From Botryllus schlosseri (taxonomy: Eukaryota), in contig CM119372.1 in the NCBI GenBank assembly GCA_051294905.1, positions 6,324,001-6,388,000 of the forward strand: a stretch of DNA of 64,000 nt, given 5' to 3'. Positions 57,087 to 64,000 of this stretch are shown one piece after another; the stretch's first letter is position 1, and each line of letters starts with the position of its first letter. The position numbers and the translations under genes are program-made. The notes under the pieces are model-generated. The model was given only the letters and a program-made list of their open reading frames with translations. It ran no database searches and was not told the DNA's origin.

Positions 57087-60000
57087 CTGTAGAAAAGAGA
57101 GATTTGAAGTGGGCTTGAAGTGACGTAATTTGTACAATGAGGTGCCACAAATGAAATGCCGCGGAAATGCCCCGTTCACTTGGCACGGGTAACAGTATCA
57201 AGCAAAAGATGATTCCGTGCATAGTGATAATTCGGAATAACGGGAAGGCGAAACTTATCAAATAGTTTCTATCAGTCATGTCAATGATGAAAACGAAGGA
57301 GGGGTTTCGGTTGATTTTTTCAAGTTATAAAATAAATTTCGTCAAAACTATTTATTTATTAAGACAATAAATGTATAGTTAGTAATAATTAGGGACCGTC
57401 CAATTAATGTCCATTCATCTTAATGTAGAGGTGCTATCGGAAATGGGGTCGATTGGGTTATTGGGTTATACTTTCGGGAGGGCCCCTCGGTAGCGGCTCT
57501 TTAATTACTGGAGAATTATATCACGGACAAAGATATTGAAATATTAATAGACGCATAGACGTGGCCAGAATCAAATTGTACTCCATTGTACTCAATCATG
57601 TCCATTGTGACACAGGGTAAATTGATGGCGTCACAATGCCAAGTCAACAAATTTGGAGACGACATTCGCCCATCGTACGAATTCCTAAAAGGATCTGATT
57701 TGTGTCAGCACAAACGTTTATAAACGGGTCGCCATGAATAGGAATGTCAAGACTATACAATATACTAGTCTGTTCATTTATAATTTAGATTGACAGACCT
57801 TACATTTTCACATCCCTTATCAGCTAAATGACTAACATATTGAAGTCAGCTTTCACATGACATGTTACTCTTCATTTTCAAAAATTGCACCAGAATGATG
57901 AATGTTATGCATGATTGGTTTTGAAAATTATTGGGTGCGTAACCTGGTTTTAATCCATGACCACAATTGTGGGATGATTGTACTCAATTCAGCATCGAGA
58001 GCCTCTTTTATTCTGTGTATAGACGGTATAAATTGATCTTGAAAACATAGCTACGCTGTTTTATAGCCGTTATTGTCGCATGCAATATCAATGTTACTGA
58101 AAGGTTCTGGTTCGTGTGAACACGAACCTTTTTGAAAGGTTCTATGCAGGGCCGTAACAGCACCTCGTCAGCCCCCCATCCCCCCACCCAAAAAAACGTT
58201 GGTCTATGGGCCCCCATAGGATGATAAACCGAACTTATTGGGCCCCTCAGACCCCCCTTCGTTATCAGCTGTTTACCGCTGCTTAAGCATTGTCTTAACC
58301 GTCGGTATAGTGGATCAGCTATTCCCGTCTAGACGCGCGAAGCGCGAAAAAAATCAAAATTCATGATTGAATCGGTCAATATGTTCGGGAATTGACTAGA
58401 TATTGTTATCAATTTTTATACTCTCTCTGCCCACGTAATCAGATTTACCGGTAGAGCTGAGTGAGGTGTGTTTGAAAAGGTAGGACACGCAATAATGATT
58501 AAACATCTTCGGGCGTATACCCGTTCGCAGGAACGAAACAGCACTTGGCCAGGTCCCCCAATAAAACTTGGGTCTTGAACTTTCATAGAGTGATAAACCG
58601 ACCCCTCCCCCCCCCCCCCCATCACGCTGTTCGCTTTAGTTACGAAATGAGTGCCACAGTTTACGCAAAAATTTTCGATAATTCATGATAAAACCGGTCA
58701 ATAATATCGGGAATTGCATATATATTGCTATCAATTTCTTGTCCTCTCTGCTCACGTTATCAGATTTACCGGTAGAGCTGAATGAGGTGGCTTGGAAACT
58801 GTAGGGCCCGTAAATAATATTCAAACATATTCAGGTGGGCGGACCCGTTGGTATGACTTCGTTTCATGATGTCATTTCGTTATCTCCTGTCCGTTATATC
58901 AAAAAATACATAATCGCCCAAACGTACTAAACTAACGACGCACACGATTTCAAATTGGTATTTCTTCACTGGCATATAATTTTTCCCTGCGGAATGGTAT
59001 TTGTCTTCTGAGGTTCAGATTGCCAAGACAGGAACATTCGGCGCCAGTCATTTAGGCACCTAAGGACAATTAAACCTATATGTATTTTGCATATATAACG
59101 AAGTTTTCGGTCAGCGTAAGGGCAGTCCTTTTTGGCCCAGGTTTTCTCGTTACATATCGTTCTGGCACACTTCTTGGAGTCGCATGTTACATGTCCTAGA
59201 ACCTTATATGTCTCGCCGATATGTCCATTTCGATAAATCTTGCGTATTTTGTCTTGGGAAAGAGTACCAAATAATTAAGAAACTTGGCAACTTGAAATCG
59301 CGCGCAGCGTGAAAATTTTTGAAAAAGTTGCATAAGTTTTTGAAAAATACTCTATAATTTATGCTAATTCGCGAAATAATTTTGGGCCCTCTTCGAGCTC
59401 GCCCCCCCCCCCAATTGGGGGGTTTGGGGTGAGGCAGTTACGGTCCTGGTTCTATGTCAGGGGCGGGCAACTTCTGCAGTCGGCGGGTCAGATATGGGTA
59501 AATGAAGTCATACTTGGCGGGCCGGATTACAGAATATACATATCAATCGCGTATTTATCCACCAAGCAAGGAAACAATTGTATTTAATGTAAACTTTAAT
59601 TTGCAAGCATAGAAACCAAAAACAGTATTTAATTAATTTATTAACAGGTGCTGTTTACGTCAATTGGACATCTGTGGTCAGTCAAAGTTGTCAACAAGTT
59701 CTATGAACTCTGGCTGCATGTCGTATGTAGCAACCCTTGGTAAAAACTGCACGTGAACATAAGTTATATAAAGCGCAGCATAGTCTCGTTAATGTTCATG
59801 GTCGAAAATGTATGTAGACCCGAACAGGGCAAGTGGTTTCATGTCCATTGTCCATCTTTCTCATGTTTCTCATTTCATATGTTGGCAAACTTGGATTCAT
59901 TCTGCGACGCATAAAATTTGTCAATACTTTCAGAATATAATTTCACTTTCAGGATAGAAACTCTCTGCGGGCCGGTCAAAATCCCTTGGCGGGCCGTCTG

Positions 60001-62000
60001 TTGCCCGTCCCTGTTCTGTGTGAACGCGAACTCGAATCTATGACGTCACGTGACGTCATATTTCTAATTTCATCCCTACATTTCCGTAAAGTGATATGTC
60101 AATGTACAATGTACATGATAACCAGCGACGACTCAGGCCATATTATTGCACTATAATAAAGTACACGCTGACTTTTTAAACGTCACCTTATCAACTGTAA
60201 CAATCAAATGCTATAATAATTCTACAAAATAAATATCTTCCGTCGCTTTGGCAACAATTTCGACATCCATCGGCTAGACCGGACATATGCATTCTTAAGA
60301 GTGAAATACCGATTTCTATACCTGCGTCAGATATTATCTGCAAAACAAGTTCTGCAGTAGCCAACACCCCAATCGGAAGGATTGGGCTTTATGATACAAT
60401 AAGGTTATCAAATCAAGATAGATCCCATACGCATGATAGATTTTTTACCATTAGATATCTATGCATTGGTTATGTAAATTTCGTTTATGTAAATAACTGT
60501 TTGGTCGACTAAGCACAATTCGCTGACTTACATGTAGTGCGTGTTGGTTCTTGTGTTATTGCGGCCAAAGCTCACAGCAGAGAGTCACTAAAGATGTACA
60601 AACGGAAGGCAGAATATTCTGAGCAAACTTTCGAGCAGATAATTTTTGAAATTTGCAAGGTAAATGGTAGTTTAGTGCTGAATTTCTTTTCATGCTGCAA
60701 GCGCCATGCGGAGAGTGGGCCAACGTTGACGAAATGTAAGGAATTTGAACCAAAGACGCTCTAATGACGTGAAAAATTGTAATACGTGAAACAATTTCAT
60801 AGTGCAGAAGATACCAAGGTTCGTTTGTGGACGTGAACCTCCAAATTTCATAGGTTCACATACAGCAAGCATTTTTCACCCGCAGAAAATATATGTATTT
60901 TGGAAAGGATTGCTGGATGGTTCTTATGAAGACCTGACCATCCAAGCACTCGAGCACTTGACGTTCTTGTAGAAAACCCAACACTCATTTGGCCGAAAAG
61001 GGTTTTAATGCACTATAGTTGAAATCAAAACGAAAGAAAAGAGTTGTCTTTTTAATGAGACACTTGATGGGCCCAACCGGTAGCCTATTCTTGTTCCACA
61101 TCTGAAGAAAATCTTCATCATATTTTTGTATAACAATTTTCGGTTGGTTTGTTCCGATGAATTTTTTTGCGAGTAGAGTTTATATTCATTGTTCAATCAT
61201 AATTTGAACCTTCATTCTTGTGATTGTGTGGTGTATTTTATGGGCAACACAAATAATCTAGAAGTGTTTCACGATAGTAAAATAGTTTTAAAAATATTCG
61301 AGTAACCTGTCAATTGGTTTCCGACCGCTAGTCCTGCCAATGTTATTCCACTAGATGTTGCTACCACGATGTCATCAATCTCTTCCACAATACCTTGCTG
61401 TAACAACTCGTCCCAGACCCTCAGATATCCATGAATAGCTGTCGAGTGGAACATTCTTCCGTCAATAAAGCACGTCTTCCCAGTTTTAGCGTGAATTGCA
61501 TCCGCAACTATTGTAGTTTTCGGAAAGATTTTGGTTTCATAGTCATAGTTTTCAGGAAACAATATCATTTTTGCCGCACACATTTCCATTATTTTAAAAT
61601 TTCCGCGAGATGGCGTTTGACTAACAAGACTGCGAGGATTCTTTCGTAACAAAAGGTATGCGTCCATATTGAGCTGGGCAGCAATAAGTGCGATTGCCCT
61701 GCATTCGTTGGATTGCGCGTTGCCACACTTGATATATGAGCCGCAGCCGCGTTTCAGTGCTTCTGCGAATACAAATTCTAGTTTTCTGATCTTGTTCCCT
61801 CCTAAACATGATCCCGTCATGTCATCTCTCTTGATATACAAATCCAATCCCTGTGGCATGATCCTGGGTTGCCACCGATGGACCGGTGTCATAGTCATAG
61901 CAAGATTGATTTTGTGAGTGGGCTTCTTTTCAAGACATGTACTCCAAAATGGAGGAGTATATTCAGTAATTTTACCGTATGAGTTACCGAAGTCATGCAT
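56674..62000 (-). CDS. dcyD-like: D-cysteine desulfhydrase / ACC deaminase family PLP-dependent enzyme (divergent), 2 exons (62000-61307, 57086-56674), 368 aa
   Basis: Family motifs TPVHRW, LYIKRDDMTG, LGGNKIRKLEF (PLP lysine), QSN, DDIVVA, DPTY, ILYIHTGGIF. The phase-1 intron (ACAG|gttact ... ttttctacag|AC) gives 1107 nt = 369 codons including stop. Confidence 0.9.
57470..57920 (+). mobile_element. highly degraded CR1/L2-like reverse transcriptase remnant
   Basis: Fragments SGGPLGS (cf. GVPQGS), VNKFGDDI (cf. FADD) and VMH in the expected order, with stops and indels. Confidence 0.3.
58147..59448. mobile_element. non-autonomous hAT element (1302 bp) with internal tandem duplication
   Basis: TIR cagggccgtaac / gttacggtcctg; perfect TSD gttctatg. 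Confidence 0.88.
59458..60013. mobile_element. hAT (Buster/SPIN-like) deletion derivative
   Basis: TIR caggggcgggcaac / gttgcccgtccctg; TSD ttctatgt / ttctgtgt. Confidence 0.88.
59660..59928 (-). pseudogene. Buster/SPIN-type hAT transposase C-terminal remnant
   Basis: SIDKFYASQNESKFANI*...LALFGSTYI / FSTMNIN...RVATYDMQPEFIELV resembles the FGSTYxCEQxFSxMN...LRIAT end of Buster/SPIN transposases. Confidence 0.7.
61307..62000 (-). CDS. dcyD-like: dcyD-like exon 1
   Basis: 243-aa ORF 61269-62000; homology ends at LAVGNQLT; the donor gttact is weak but phase-compatible. Confidence 0.88.
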
Positions 62001-63440
62001 GGTTCGGTAGATAATCTGAAATAAAATCTATCATACTATGGGTTGCATTTAGAACAAACATGCTAAAACATGGCCCTTGCTTAAAACATGATTTCGTCGT
62101 TTATTTTCACCATTTTTAATCTTTCAATTTGTGAATTTGTTTATTGACTTGAGCATGAATCGACTAAGTCATATGACTCGAGACGAACATTTCTTTGTAT
62201 TTTCAAAGAATTGTTAATTTCCACGTTATTGGTATTTTGTCTATAATTATTTGTACATGAATATTAGGTTCAGAGAATGTTGAGAATGAGGAAAATCATC
62301 AAATCATGAATGCCTTGCATTCGATATTTCCCAAGCAGAGTTGCAAAGGAGTGGATTGAAGTTGACTTGAACTAGAAATTAAAAAGTGAAAGCAATGACT
62401 GTGACTGGGACTCGACCTGCCGCACCCCGACTTGGACTTGACTCGGTGATGAATCAAAAATGACTCAGCTTGATTTGAGTCAAAACTATATAAGTAAGAT
62501 TGATTTGTGACTCGGAACCTTGTGACTTGGTCACCAGGGCATGGTATGGTATGGAATGTGATATTCGTAATCAGCAACCCCGAAAACCCCAGAAACGACT
62601 CTCAGATGTTCTGCAAAACAATTTTTCTTTTTCATTTTGTTGACCCGTGTAATCATTCGAGCAAAGAGCATGAAATGATTCTCAAGTTCAACAAATTGAT
62701 ATAGATATTCAAATTCATGTAACTGCGACATTCTCATCGAGTCTACGATTTTATAACTCTTAGTAGTTTACGGGGTGGAAATAAGTAGTAGTATAGTATA
62801 GCGACACGTCTTCCTAATTGCCACGCCCATATGACGCACAATATGCCACATCAACATTCGAATTTCATATTAAAAGTGACCTTGGCTGGATTAGAAATAG
62901 GGATGCATAGTGTAATTCTCAGGACCATCACCATTAGACTATCGCGCAGACTTGATGTACTGAACTGTTTTGAGAATATCAATACCGATTCTTCCTAAAA
63001 TCCCGCGACTTGATAATAATAGTGCTTAAGAGAAATAAGGACGTTAAAATTCTGCGTAAATTTCGATAACTATGTATGATTTTTTGTGTATGTAAGACTA
63101 TCTATGTTCGCGAAGACTTTAGCGGCGATTGTATAAATGTATCACTAATTAATTACTCAAAATATCATTTTGAGTGTTTAAATTCCACGAATGCAACTTG
63201 ATAACGCACACTCATATCACACGCAATGCCACGTCTACGTTTACATCACGCTAGTGAAGGTCTGACACTTGTATACGTGCCACGAATATCGCTGATTGCG
63301 ATTCTAAGAATTGAAGTCGCGCTCTAAGAAAAATGCCACTTAGATAGTAAGAATTAGAATGTCTAATTTTCACCTGAATCAATTTGCACTCTGAAAACTT
63401 CCCATTTCTGTCACAATTATTGCGGTATGCACTTCAGATA

Positions 63441-63942
63441 GCGAATAAGGCAGGCATCGCATGAACAGCTGACGACGCAGGCATTCAAGGTGAGATCCAG
63501 TTACGTAGCTTTTTCGTATTGATTTGGGGTATCTTTATTTTGTACATGTAAGCTAATGAAAAGCTAATGAAGCTAATTAAACAAGGAAGCTAATGAAAAG
63601 CTAATTAAGCTAATGAAAAGCTAATGAAGCTAATGAAAAGCTAATGACGCTAATGAAAAGCTAATGAAGCTAATGAAACAAGCTAATGAAAAAAGGAAGC
63701 TAATGAAAAGCTAATGAAGCTAATCAAAGGCTAATGAAGCTAATGAAACAAGCTAATCAAAAGCTGATGAAGCTAATGAAACGAGCTAATGAAAAAATGA
63801 ATCTAATGAAAAAGTAATAAAAATCTCATGAAGCTAATGAAGCTAATGAAACGAGCTAATGAAAAACTAATAAAAAACCTCTCGAAGCTAATGAAAAGCT
63901 AATGAAGCTAATGAAACAAGCTAATGAAAAAAGAAGCTAATG
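63441..63942 (+). mobile_element. TSD-flanked insertion with tandem-repeat tail (probable truncated non-LTR retroelement)
   Basis: 12-bp direct repeat gcacttcagata at 63429-63440 and 63943-63954. Confidence 0.55.
63550..63942 (+). repeat. minisatellite (AAGCTAATGA-type unit, ~33 copies)
   Basis: Direct count of ctaat-core units; forms the tail of an insertion bounded by gcacttcagata. Confidence 0.9.
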
Positions 63943-64000
63943 GCACTTCAGATATTGTGCACAATTTGCAACTTTGATTAAGATCAATTATATTTGGAAG

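Noticed and set aside
63763-63785. ctgatga...gaaac inside the minisatellite resembling a hammerhead core
   Set aside because: No G-C stem II closure, no stem I/III, no cleavage triplet; a chance variant of the repeat unit.

Overview
Eukaryotic animal genomic DNA. A marine invertebrate, probably an ascidian tunicate, is inferred from the 60-70 bp minimal introns mixed with multi-kb introns and from the gene content; this cannot be proven from the window. Two convergent protein-coding genes can be reconstructed by hand. (1) A plus-strand chimaerin (CHN1/CHN2 orthologue; SH2-C1-RhoGAP), with 22 coding exons from 2375 to 49308. All splice phases join into one ORF of 3423 nt (1140 aa), which carries an unusual ~730-aa low-complexity linker between SH2 and C1. 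(2) A minus-strand, two-exon PLP enzyme of the D-cysteine desulfhydrase/ACC deaminase family (62000-61307 and 57086-56674, 368 aa) with a markedly remodelled active site. Introns and intergenic DNA are dense in mobile elements: about a dozen non-autonomous hAT elements with 8-bp target-site duplications (two retain transposase remnants), a 660-bp near-perfect foldback element, tRNA-derived SINEs, a Penelope-type hammerhead-ribozyme-like remnant, and a TSD-flanked insertion with a ~390-bp tandem-repeat tail. Most entries in the ORF track are spurious or antisense shadows of exons. No rRNA, intact tRNA or CRISPR array was seen.
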